Assembly: GCA_963847445.1 (NCBI GenBank) | Contig: CAWJZV010000027.1 | Location: forward strand, 96,001 to 160,000 | Origin: an uncultured delta proteobacterium | GTDB taxonomy: Bacteria > Desulfobacterota > Binatia > UBA9968 | Direction: 5' to 3' | DNA length: 64,000 bases | In this document: piece by piece, positions 54,936 to 64,000 of the stretch | How positions within the stretch are numbered: position 1 is the first letter of the stretch | Layout of the letters: every line of letters starts with the position of its first letter | The notes under the pieces: model-generated | Told to the model about the DNA's origin: nothing | The model's input: only the letters and a program-made list of their open reading frames with translations | The model's database searches: none | Translations under genes and position numbers: made by a program

Positions 54936-55496
54936 CTAACCCGAAACCGTGTCGGGGGAAACCAATCGCCTGTTCGCTTCGGCAAATACTTCTCTAGCGT
55001 GCTCGATGTCGAAGGGCCGCTCCTGAAGCGTTTGCGGATCCCATTCGCTGCGCGGCACGGTGAAGAAGTCGCCGCCGTAGACGTGGATCGCCGCTGTGAT
55101 CCGGTCGAGTGGATTGGTGACTGCGTGGATGACTGCTTCGCCAAGCGGAAGAGTGTCTTTGAGTGTGAGCGTCTTTGCGCCGTGCGCCTGGAGACCGCTT
55201 TCGCTCCTGTGATAGAACGAGTTGTCCTCCCGCCCGCTGTAGATTCCGATCACCGCCCACATTCGATGGTCATGCGGGTATAGAGTCATCCCGGGTCCCC
55301 ACAGGACGTTTAAAATCGTCAATGTGTCAGAGCGGTAGAGCGTCTGGATGCCTGAGAGTCTCGGCTCTCCCAGCGTCTTGAGAATCGGGCCCGGTTCACT
55401 CACCGCTCTGCCGACGACTTCACGCACCGCAGCGTGGGAATTTTGCTCTCCAAGGCACCGGCGACAATCCTCAATAAACCCATCCGATTCAAACAT
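54936..55496 (-). CDS. Cysteine dioxygenase-like cupin metalloprotein
   Basis: PHDHRMWAVIG, IHAVTNP, AIHVYGGD. Confidence 0.85.
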   Translation of the reverse strand: MFESDGFIEDCRRCLGEQNSHAAVREVVGRAVSEPGPILKTLGEPRLSGIQTLYRSDTLTILNVLWGPGMTLYPHDHRMWAVIGIYSGREDNSFYHRSESGLQAHGAKTLTLKDTLPLGEAVIHAVTNPLDRITAAIHVYGGDFFTVPRSEWDPQTLQERPFDIEHAREVFAEANRRLVSPDTVSG

Positions 55497-55724
55497 AATC
55501 CGACTCCTTTCGGCTGGCGATAAGAAGCAGGCGGGCGGTGAGTGACTAGATCTCTTCTAGTCGCGGAGTTCATGGTTAGTCAAGTCGTTAGGGGCGACAT
55601 CCAATGATGAGGAAAGCTGATGGGCACGTCTTGCAATGATACATCCCGGGCTCCGTGTCGGGATTGACAGTCGTGACGCCGGAACAAAAGCGCGATCGTG
55701 ACCGCACCTCTGCGCGATGGTGCC

Positions 55725-55995
55725 CTAGTGACGATTCGTCTTGGATGCGTAGTGGTCCCAGGACGATTCAAATAAATGAGTCGGCATGCTGCCGAATTTT
55801 CCCGGCATATCAGCATCGACAATCGCCTTCGCGTCGCCTATCGCCGATGCCATGTACTGCACCTTGGCCGACCGTTCGATCAAGATCGTGAGTAGCGTTG
55901 CTTCCTGAATATTTGCGGCCACGGTGACAGCTCACTGCCGCGCAGCAATAGCGCCACACTGGAACCCAACGCGTTGATCATAAGTTCTGCTGTTG
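55725..55995 (-). pseudogene. 3' remnant of a class II aldolase/adducin gene
   Basis: ALGSSVALLLRG / AVTVAANIQEA...ERSAKVQ; 5' half missing. Confidence 0.6.
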
Positions 55996-56061
55996 CGGAT
56001 TTGCTCGATGAACCCTTCGTGCGTGTTGACCCGTGGCTGGGATTAAGTTTCAATTTCAGCC

Positions 56062-57084
56062 ATGAACAAAAAGATTGCGCTGGTTTTGATTCTGTTATTT
56101 GGCGCTGGCTTCGCGCTCAACAGCTTTGCCCAGACGAACTCGACAGCCGGCGCGCCGACCGCGGGTACCGTCGCCGCCACGAAAAAATTCCTCGCCACGC
56201 TTGATGATGCCCAGCGTGGCAAGGTCGTCTTTGATTTCAAAGACGAGGCGCAGCGCAAGCGCTGGTCGAACCTTCCGACAGCAATCTTCAAACGCCAGGG
56301 CTTGCGCATGGGCGACCTGACAAAACCCCAGCGCGACGCCATGCTGGCGGTGCTGGCAGCGGCGTTGAGTCCGCAGGGGTATGAGAAGATTCTGCAGATC
56401 GTCGAGGCCGACGAGTCGTTGAGAAAATCGAGCGGCCAGGCGATGTTTGGGCGCGATGAATATTATGTCTCGTTGCTCGGCCAGCCTTCCAGCACCGAAC
56501 CGTGGATGATTCAGTTCGGCGGGCACCATCTCGGCCTCAACATTACGCTTGCCGGCGAGCAACGCACGCTCGCCCCCAGCCACACCGGCGCGCAGCCGGC
56601 GATTTACGAACTCGAAGGCAAGACGGTGCGCCCCCTCGGTCGCGAGACCGACAAGGCGTTTGCCCTGCTTAGTTCGCTCAACGACGCGCAGCGCAAGCAG
56701 GCCATCCTTGACTTCCAGATGCGCGACCTGGTGCTCGGGCCCGGCCGCGACGGGCAGACGATTCAGCCGGAAGGAATCAAAGGCTCGGCCCTGACCGACA
56801 AGCAGCGCCAGATGCTGCTGGATCTCGCCAGCGAATGGACCGGCATCATGCACGAAGCTGTCGCGCAAGCGAAAATGGACGAGATGAAAAAGAATATCGC
56901 CGAAACCTGGTTTGCTTGGAGCGGCCCAACTGAAAAAGGCAGCGCCGCTTACTTCCGCATCCAAGGCCCTACGGTAATCATCGAATACGCCCCGCAGCGC
57001 TTGGGCGGCGACGCGACCAAGCACATCCACACGATTTACCGCGATCCAACCAACGATTACGGAATTAAATGGCGGAAACCGTGA
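56062..57084 (+). CDS. DUF3500 domain exported protein
   Basis: Signal peptide, RWSNLP, QFGGHHLGLN, FAWSG, YFRIQGP..IEY, HIHTIYRDPTNDYG. Confidence 0.9.
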   Translation: MNKKIALVLILLFGAGFALNSFAQTNSTAGAPTAGTVAATKKFLATLDDAQRGKVVFDFKDEAQRKRWSNLPTAIFKRQGLRMGDLTKPQRDAMLAVLAAALSPQGYEKILQIVEADESLRKSSGQAMFGRDEYYVSLLGQPSSTEPWMIQFGGHHLGLNITLAGEQRTLAPSHTGAQPAIYELEGKTVRPLGRETDKAFALLSSLNDAQRKQAILDFQMRDLVLGPGRDGQTIQPEGIKGSALTDKQRQMLLDLASEWTGIMHEAVAQAKMDEMKKNIAETWFAWSGPTEKGSAAYFRIQGPTVIIEYAPQRLGGDATKHIHTIYRDPTNDYGIKWRKP

Positions 57085-57664
57085 CCAGGACACTCTGCCA
57101 CCTGCCGCTGCTGCTCGCGTTGCTTGCGGTTCCGTCCGTCGTTTTCGCCCATCGGGACGACCAGTATCTGCAAGCGACGCTCGTGGCCATCGAACCGAGC
57201 GGCGTCCGGCTGCAAATCAACCTTACGCCGGGCGTGGCTGTCGCCGAACGGGTGATCGCGCAGATCGACCGCGACCGCGACGGCGCGATTTCCAGGAACG
57301 AAGCGGCAGTCTATGCCGAGTTGCTGAAGCGCGATCTCACGCTCCGCATAGACGGGCGAAAGTTAGAATTGAAGCTGACCGCGTCTGAATTCGTCCCGCC
57401 GGCAGAACTGCGCACGGTTCGGGAACAATTCAGATGGAATTCTCGGCAATCTCCGGCCCGCTCGCGGCCGGTCCCCACAGGCTCACGCTCGAAAACCGGC
57501 ATTTAACCCCGATGAGTGTGTATCTCATCAACGCTGTTCAGCCCAGGTTTGCCACGGTCCAGATCACCAGGCAGAAACGCAACGACAACCAGAGCGCGGG
57601 GGAAATCGAATTCAGCTTTCATCCGTTGCGTCCAAAGATTGCTGTATCCGGTGCGCGGTCTTGA
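57081..57664 (+). CDS. Exported protein resembling the domain found N-terminal to HupE/UreJ (frameshift near 57420)
   Basis: Signal peptide ending FAH, DQYLQAT, LTPGVAVA, EF-hand-like IDRDRDGAIS..E, SVYLINA; coupled to the DUF3500 gene. Confidence 0.6.
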
Positions 57665-58015
57665 GTGGAAGCGGGATAAGGGATGCAGGGCAACTGAAAT
57701 TGGTATGCCGAATATATGTAACGCTTGGGTGCAGGGTTGGACCAAAGTGAGCGACTCGCCGGTTCAACAACAACGATTTTTCCCAAATGGCAATCAGGTT
57801 CGATGAATGGGTGTCTGGAAATTATTTCTTGACCGGAAAATTATCGGATGTCCCGTTTCACGCTTGTTGCACTTGGAACTCGAGGGGTATCTACAGACTC
57901 AAAAAAAGCAAGCGACGTTCGCGTTAGTCTTGGGGATCGAATCTTGCCCTGTGATTTTCGCCGACCAAGGAATTACCGCTTGCCATCCAACATTCCGCCA
58001 TGGTAGAGCGCAGCC

Positions 58016-58867
58016 ATGGTGACGAACCCGCGGAAGCTAATAGTTTTCACGATTTTGCTTATGTTCCTTGCCATGATCGCTGCGCGGGAAATCCGCGCCG
58101 CTGCGGCAGTGGAGACTCAAGGGGGAAAGTTTGCTGGAATGGTCATCATCCCAGCCGGGGAATTTATTATGGGGCGAGACAGCGGCCCAAAAAACGAAAC
58201 GCCAGCGCACAAATTGTTTCTCCCAGCCTTCCATATCGATAGAAATCTCGTTACCGCCAGAGAGTTCGCGAAGTTTATCCAGGAAAAAGGTCCCACCGGG
58301 CCCAACGGTGAAATGCATTTGGATGTCGCGGATCCCGACGCTCTCGTCCACAATCGAGGCGGTAAGTGGCTGCCTAAGGAAGGTTTTGAGAATCACCCTG
58401 TCGGTGAGGTGAGCCGGTACGGTGCTGCCGCCTATTGCACGTGGGCCGGTAAGCGGCTCCCCAGCGAAGCGGAATGGGAAAAGTCCGCTCGTGGAACCGA
58501 CGGCCGGCTCTACCCCTGGGGTAATGACATGCCCCGCCCTGATCTGGCGTTTATCGGCGGATTTCGCGGTCAAACGGTTCCCGTCGGGCAGTTTCCCAAA
58601 GGGGCAAGCCCCTACGGGGTTCTCGATATGGCAGGACAGGTTTGGGAATGGACTCGTTCGATTTATAAACCCTATCCCTATAATCCAAAGGACGGACGCG
58701 AGGAGCCGGCGTCCACCGACACGGTGGTCGCCCGCGGCGGTCATTCATCCAGCAGTCCCGAAGGGCTTACGTCCACATCCCGTGAGGTCGTTGACGCCGG
58801 TCGCGCCGCCACGGGCCACGCCTACATAGGATTCCGTTGTGTATCCGACACGCTGATGGTTTTGTAA
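58016..58867 (+). CDS. Formylglycine-generating enzyme (SUMF1) domain protein
   Basis: IPAGEFIMG, HPV..VS, RLPSEAEWEKSARG, YPWGN, DMAGQVWEW, IGFRC. Confidence 0.9.
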   Translation: MVTNPRKLIVFTILLMFLAMIAAREIRAAAAVETQGGKFAGMVIIPAGEFIMGRDSGPKNETPAHKLFLPAFHIDRNLVTAREFAKFIQEKGPTGPNGEMHLDVADPDALVHNRGGKWLPKEGFENHPVGEVSRYGAAAYCTWAGKRLPSEAEWEKSARGTDGRLYPWGNDMPRPDLAFIGGFRGQTVPVGQFPKGASPYGVLDMAGQVWEWTRSIYKPYPYNPKDGREEPASTDTVVARGGHSSSSPEGLTSTSREVVDAGRAATGHAYIGFRCVSDTLMVL

Positions 58868-58889
58868 AAATCTCCCAGCGCGACCGCTC

Positions 58890-59246
58890 CAAAGCTTCAC
58901 TGCGGCCTCGCTTTCCTCTGCGAGCGGCGTGTCCGTCGAAGCCAGGCGATCGATCAAGCAAATCGATTCAGCGGACGTGATCATTATTCCGTCGATCATG
59001 GTCCAACGGGGAGCATGGCAACAGGGCAGATATCCGGCACTCGTCAAATGGCTCGCAGAGATGCATGCCGCGGGAGCGCTATTGTGTTCCACCTGCTCGG
59101 GCGTACTGCTACTCGCGGAAACCGGCCTGCTTGACGGCAAGGATGCGACGGTGCACTGGATTTACGCGCCGACGTTTCGCCGCAATTTCCCCAACGTGCG
59201 GCTGCGACTTGACAGGGCGCTGGTCGCCGAGGTTGAAGTCCTTTGA
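58890..59246 (+). pseudogene. Internal fragment of a GlxA-type (DJ-1/PfpI plus AraC) regulator
   Basis: STCSGVLLLAETGLLDGKDATVHW; no proper N-terminus and no HTH. Confidence 0.75.
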
Positions 59247-59390
59247 GCAACGGCGCGGCTTTTGGCGACGACCGAGAAAATCATTGAATCTGGGAGCCCG
59301 CCTGGGATCGTCTGACTTTGCAGTCTAGACTATTCGCACTATATTCCGGCCGTGTCACAACCAACCGTAGCTAGACTCGTTAAGATCCGA

Positions 59391-59515
59391 AGGCGTGTGG
59401 CAAACCCGTCATTCACTTCTTTCTCTCTTACTCTCTTAGGCGAGCAGCTTCTTGATGCTCGCGCGCTCCTGCATGCGCTTGAAATGCGCCATGACGTTGG
59501 GGTAGCCGGAGAGCT
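59391..59515 (-). pseudogene. GST 3'-end remnant, copy 3
   Basis: SGYPNVMAHFKRMQERASIKKLLA..EKEVNDGFAT; matches 63775-63886; contains a CTCTCTTA duplication. Confidence 0.8.
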
Positions 59516-59607
59516 GGGGAAATCAAGGGTGTGACTTTTACTTCCAGACGTTGCAGCTCGTGTTTTGTTCATTGCCCACTGGCGCGGTGAATTCAACTCC
59601 ATCACCC

Positions 59608-60511
59608 CTAGGGCTCAAGTTGGAAACGCCTGTTGGGAGGATTTCCCGCCTCGAACTTCACTAGCTTCATGCGCGGGACAGAGACGTCGCTGCAAACCTT
59701 CCGGATATTTATCTGCTCGGTGGGCGGTTCCCAGGCGCTCTTCGACTCGCAGCCGACTTTCACACACGCGATTTTCTTCAGCCAGGAGCACACTTTCTCG
59801 TCGCCGCCGGCTGCATCCAACAACTCGGTCTGATACCAACTGGCGGGGCTGTCCTGGGAAGCGTCTAAATGCACGTGCTGCACGTTCGTGTAAAAGCCGC
59901 CACCGACCTCCAGCAAGCTCAGTACCTTTTCCATGAACCGGGCCAAGTCTTCGGTATAGGAGAAGCCGCCGTAGACATCGGTAATCATCTGGAATTTTCC
60001 GAGCTCTTCGAGCGAATAATGCCGCAGGGACTTGCCGGTGAGATAACGTATACGCTCGCCGAGGCTCGCGGCCAGCTGGTGCCACGCGGCGGTCCGGCGG
60101 TCCTCTATGGACATCGCGACCGCGCTCGCTAAACCGCCGGGCAGGGCGCACTTTTCCGCCGGCGCTGCGGGGTCTGGGGGCGCGTAGTAGTCGAGGATTG
60201 CTTGCCCAGCACCCGCGCCGATATCCAGCCATCGGTCCGAGGTGCCCAGCGCTGCCGAGCGCGTCGCAGAAGCCGGAGGGAAGAAGTCCAGCGTAGTCCG
60301 AGAGCCCTCGATTGGTGACGTAGCCGTCGGGAACTTCGGCGCCCCGGCTTTGATAGATTTTTTTCTGCTTCGAGGTCTCCTCCTCAATCCGCGATTGAGC
60401 GGGTTCCTGTGCCCAGCCAGCTGCCGGACCAAGCGCTCGCAGGATCATCAAAACGGCTACGACTGTTCCCCCGGTCTTCCACCCTTGCACTGACGATTTG
60501 ACTGAACGCAT
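59608..60511 (-). CDS. SAM-methyltransferase-fold protein with predicted signal peptide, copy B (frameshift near 60250)
   Basis: WLDIGAGAGQAILDY, FQMITDVYGGFSY, LEVGGGF; N-terminal hydrophobic stretch ending GWAQE. Confidence 0.75.
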
Positions 60512-60514
60512 GAC

Positions 60515-60592
60515 GATGACTTCCTCCTCGCGTTGAAAAAAGTGCCGTTCTTGAAAGCGTTTTCGAAGCTGTTCCAGCCATAGTCTATGGCG
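60515..60592 (-). pseudogene. 3' remnant of the alpha/beta hydrolase gene
   Basis: IDYGWNSFENAFKNGTFFNAR matches IDYGWDSFEQAIKNGTFFNARRK at 62723-62795. Confidence 0.8.
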
Positions 60593-60637
60593 CAAGGGGG
60601 CTGTCAATAAGTTGCTAGTCTCTGGAGTGCTGATGCT

Positions 60638-61462
60638 TCAGTCGCAGTTCTTAAGCTTGGACTCCTGACAGCGCCGTGCCATCTCCTGCGCGGTTGCAAT
60701 CTGCTCGGCGGTCATTTTTGCGGCAATTCCATCTCGATTCTTGGTCGCCGTATCTCCAGAATCGCCGCTCGATGCTGCGGCAGCGAGGGTAAACCACGCA
60801 TGCGCGCGGACAAAGTCCTGCCGCACGCCTGTGCCATGGGTATACATCACAGCCAGATTAATTTGCGCAAATTGGTTTCCCTGCGCCGCCGCGAGGCGAT
60901 ACCACTTTACGGCTTCCTGAGAATTCTGCGGCACGCCTTGCCCTTTCTCATACGCCAGACCCAGACTGTACTGCGCCGGTGCGTATCCCTGCGCCGCCGC
61001 GAGGCGATACCACTTTACAGCCTCCCGATCATCCTGCGGCACGCCTTTGCCGTCTGCGTATATCGAACCCAGCCTCGTCTGCGCCCATTCGTCTTCCCGC
61101 GCCGCCGCGATGCGATACCACTTCACGGCTTCCTGATAATCCTGCGGCACGCCTTGCCCTTTCTCATACGCCAGACCCAGACTATACTGCGCCGGGACAT
61201 TTCCCTGCGCTGCCGCGAGGCGATACCACTTTACCGCCTCCTGATAATCCTGCGGCACGCCTTTCCCCTCTGCATATATCAAACCCAGCCTCCGCTGCGC
61301 CCATTGGTGTCCCTGCGCGGCAAGCTGGCGAAAGAGTTTGATCCCCTGAGCATAGTCGCCGCGCTCGTAGGCAGCGCTTGCGTCATCAAAAGGGTTTGAT
61401 GCGGCAAAACCAGTGGTACCGAGTAAACAAAGAATGGCGAGCAAAAGCAGGTTAGTTTTCAT
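60638..61462 (-). CDS. Sel1-repeat (SLR) exported protein
   Basis: Signal peptide; about five AQYSLG..YE.G.GVPQD..EAVKWYR.AA.QG repeats. Confidence 0.93.
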   Translation of the reverse strand: MKTNLLLLAILCLLGTTGFAASNPFDDASAAYERGDYAQGIKLFRQLAAQGHQWAQRRLGLIYAEGKGVPQDYQEAVKWYRLAAAQGNVPAQYSLGLAYEKGQGVPQDYQEAVKWYRIAAAREDEWAQTRLGSIYADGKGVPQDDREAVKWYRLAAAQGYAPAQYSLGLAYEKGQGVPQNSQEAVKWYRLAAAQGNQFAQINLAVMYTHGTGVRQDFVRAHAWFTLAAAASSGDSGDTATKNRDGIAAKMTAEQIATAQEMARRCQESKLKNCD

Positions 61463-61631
61463 GGCGATCGCCATGCGGTTACCGACTGTGGGTTGCTTGA
61501 GCATGACTGTTGCAGGAGTCCGCTCTTGACTGTCGAATTGAGAGGTCGTGAATCGTAAATTTTTAATTTTCGAGCTTGCTCTTTATGCGTCCCGGCAACA
61601 GCGCGAGTCGGCAAGGGTCTATAATTGCTTT

Positions 61632-61745
61632 GGCCGCCTTGGCAAACCCGTCATTTACACCTTTCCCATAGGAAAGCAGCTTCCTAAAACTCGGACGCTT
61701 CTGCACGGGCTTGAAATGCGCCGCGACGTTGGGGAAGCCTGAAAA
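61632..61745 (-). pseudogene. GST 3'-end remnant, copy 2
   Basis: SGFPNVAAHFKPVQKRPSFRKLLSYGKGVNDGFAKAA; matches the intact GST C-terminus. Confidence 0.8.
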
Positions 61746-61809
61746 CCATCCAACTGGACGCGTCATTGATCTTTGCCGGTTCGCCAACTGTAAGCCAAGA
61801 TTTATCAGC

Positions 61810-62723
61810 CTACGGGTCCAATTGGAATCGCCTGTCGGGAGGATATCCCGCCACGAACTCCAATAATTTCATGCGCGGGACAGAGACATCGCTGCAGACC
61901 TTCTCGACTTTTATCAGCTCGGTGGGCCTTTTCCAGTCGCTCTTTGACTCGCAGGTGACTTTCGCGCAGGTGCACTTTTTCAGCCAGGAGCACACTTTCT
62001 CGGGCCGGCCGGCGGCATCCTCCAGCTCGGTCAGATACCAGGTGCCGAGTTTATCTCGCCACCCTCTAAGTGCACGCCTGGCATCAGCGTGTAGAAGACG
62101 CCGCCGACCTCCAGCAAGCGCAGCACCTTGTCAACGAACCGGGACAAGTCCGCGGTATAGGTGAAGCCGCCGAACACGTCGGTAATGATCTGGAATTTTC
62201 CCAGCTCCTCGACTGAATAATGGCGCAGGCGACTTGCCGGAGAGATACCGTATACGGTCATCACCGAGACTCGCGGTCTGCTGTCGCCACTTGTCCGTGC
62301 GGCGATCCTCGATGGATATCGCGACCGCGCGCGCCTTGGCGCCGGGCCGCGCGCACTTTTCAGCCGACGGCGCGTCGCCTGCGGGTGCGTAGTAGTCCAG
62401 TATCGCCTGCGCCGGCGCCCGCGCCGATATCCAGCCATCGGTCCGAGCTGCCCAGCCTGCCGAGTGCGTCGCAGAACCCGGTGGGAAGAAGCTCCGCGTA
62501 GTCCGAGAGCCCTCGATTGGTGATGTAGCCGCTGGGAACATCGGCGCCGCGCTTCTGGTAGATTTTTTCCTGCTTGGCGATTTCCTCGTCGAGCCGCGGT
62601 TCAGCGGGTTCCTGTGCCCAGCCAGCTGCTAGACCAAGCGCTCGCAGGATCGATCAAAACGGCTACGACCGCTGCCGCGGTCTTCCATCTTTTCACCAAC
62701 GATTTGTCTGAACGCATGACCAT
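61810..62723 (-). CDS. SAM-methyltransferase-fold protein with predicted signal peptide, copy A (several frameshifts)
   Basis: Paralog of 59608-60511 (QAILDYYAP, SIEDRRT, CSWLKK, KVCSDVSVPRMKL); ATG overlaps the hydrolase stop (TAATG). Confidence 0.75.
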
Positions 62724-63677
62724 TACTTTCTCCGCGCGTTGAAAAACGTGCCGTTCTTAATGGCTTGTTCAAAGCTGTCCCAGCCATAGTCTATGCTGCC
62801 GGTGGCCGCAAGACCGAAGGCGGAGGCGGTCAGTGCGCTGACGAAAGCGATCTGTGCTTCCTCCGTGTCATCGGGCTGGTCCTCGAATGCGCGCAGCGTG
62901 TGCTCGTTCGGATACTGTGCATCTTGGTGGACCGTGTCCCGTATCGAGATCTCGCCGACCGCGCGCGGAATGAAGCGGTAAAATTGCCCGCGGTTGCGGG
63001 TCGGCCAGATGTCCTCGTCCGCACCGATCACCATCACCGGAACGGTGATCCGCCTCAGCAACTGCGGCAATTCCCGGCCGATCCCGGCGGGATCGAGAAG
63101 CACGCCCCCGAGCGCGCGGGCGCCTGCCCCCAACGCGGTGGCGACGGCGGTTGCGCCGAAAGAGTGGCCCACGAGAATGACCTTGTCCGGGTCGATGCGG
63201 TCGTCGACGAGCTGCGGCGTCCGACGAATCGCGTCGACCAGCCTGGCAAGGGTTCTGCCGTTGGCGATCCATGGGCCCTGTTTGGGCAAGTCGAGAGCCA
63301 GGCTATGCATGCCCCAGGAGGCCAAGTGCATCGCTTGGAAGGCATGGTCCTCCTTGGAATTGTCGAGACCGTGCAACACGATGACCAAGGGGAGCCTTGC
63401 GGGCCGCCGCGCATAAGTATAAGTCCGCTTCCACCGTGAGACCGGAAGCCAGGCGGATTTCCAGGTCTCTGCGCTCGGTGACGGCAAAGGGCCCGCGCAA
63501 CTTGAACTGCGCTACGTCGGGCTTGCGGGACAGTAGATATCGCTGGAGCTCGGCGGGGTTTGCGGCCTTTATCGTCGTGACTTCAGTCGCCGGAAACCGG
63601 CGCGCACAGCCGACCGAATGCGCCATGAGGGCGATCAGCAGAAGGGCGGCAATACGAAAACCTGATTGGCCGATCAC
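62723..63677 (-). CDS. Alpha/beta hydrolase, putative lipoprotein (frameshift near 63420)
   Basis: LVIVLHG, GHSFG nucleophile elbow, LLDP, HQDAQYP; N-terminal SVGC; start uncertain. Confidence 0.8.
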
Positions 63678-63771
63678 GGATGCGGTTCCTGGCACTTTAG
63701 TCCCGAGAACACTGTAAGGCACAGCGAGATATTTTTGCTTCTCAGCAACTGCGTGTATCTGCCCAACTCGC

Positions 63772-64000
63772 CTAGGCCGTCTTGGCAAACCCTTCATTCA
63801 CTTCTTTCTCGTAGGCGAACAGCTTCTTGACGCTCGGGCGCTCCTGCATGCGCTTGAAATGCGCCACGACGTTGGCGAAGCCGGAGATGTCCACCTCCAA
63901 TTGGGTAGCGCGGCGGCAGCACCAAAAGAAATGCGCGTCCGGGGCGGTGAAGTGGTCAAAGAAGTACTCGCGCCCGGCGAGCAAATCGTCGGCGATCTGG
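63772..64000 (-). CDS. Glutathione S-transferase, C-terminal part (runs off window end)
   Basis: LLAGREYFFDHFTAPDAHFFW, FANVVAHFKRMQERPSV. Confidence 0.88.
   Translation of the reverse strand, partial: QIADDLLAGREYFFDHFTAPDAHFFWCCRRATQLEVDISGFANVVAHFKRMQERPSVKKLFAYEKEVNEGFAKTA

Noticed and set aside
56095-57093. Long antisense or off-frame ORFs (also 32452-33141, 41385-42413, 21543-22367)
   Set aside because: Shadows of well-supported genes in GC-rich DNA with no family motifs.
58016-58867. Diversity-generating retroelement (FGE/C-lectin target plus Avd-like gene at 35362)
   Set aside because: No reverse transcriptase and no template/variable repeat pair; the two genes are 22 kb apart.
60870-61310. 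Regular 108-bp DNA repeats resembling an array
   Set aside because: They encode Sel1 protein repeats; there are no spacers and no cas genes.
628-63677. Mass pseudogenisation or programmed frameshifting in about 25 genes
   Set aside because: The breaks are 1-2 bp indels with almost no in-frame stops, they affect core genes such as acs and the cytochrome c, and I saw no shared slippery motif. Long-read consensus error is more likely; read-level checking is needed.

Overview
A 64-kb bacterial chromosomal segment, mostly GC-rich. Gene content and repeats suggest a Candidatus Binatia-like, ex-Deltaproteobacteria lineage (inference). Many clearly conserved genes carry 1-2 bp frameshifts, best explained as long-read consensus errors. 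Core content: a VC_2705-type Na+/solute symporter locus, ispF, a Rieske/cytochrome b operon with an octaheme cytochrome c, ferredoxin-NADP reductase, acs, several hydrolases and MFS transporters, and an array of orphan substrate-binding proteins. Decayed content: a type I restriction-modification locus and a repeatedly rearranged GST-hydrolase-methyltransferase region. The best candidate for an undescribed system is 5056-11504. There, a CHASE2 adenylate/guanylate cyclase and a FecR-TPR-beta-barrel receptor (CyaK/NsrA-like architecture) converge on two tandem paralogous 80-90 aa genes ending in a conserved C(F/Y)M(V/I)IG(D/G)FKVQVPC motif. The barrel half of the receptor and these two genes share a low-GC block, suggesting a co-exchanged receptor and peptide-ligand cassette. 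No rRNA, tRNA or CRISPR array was seen.
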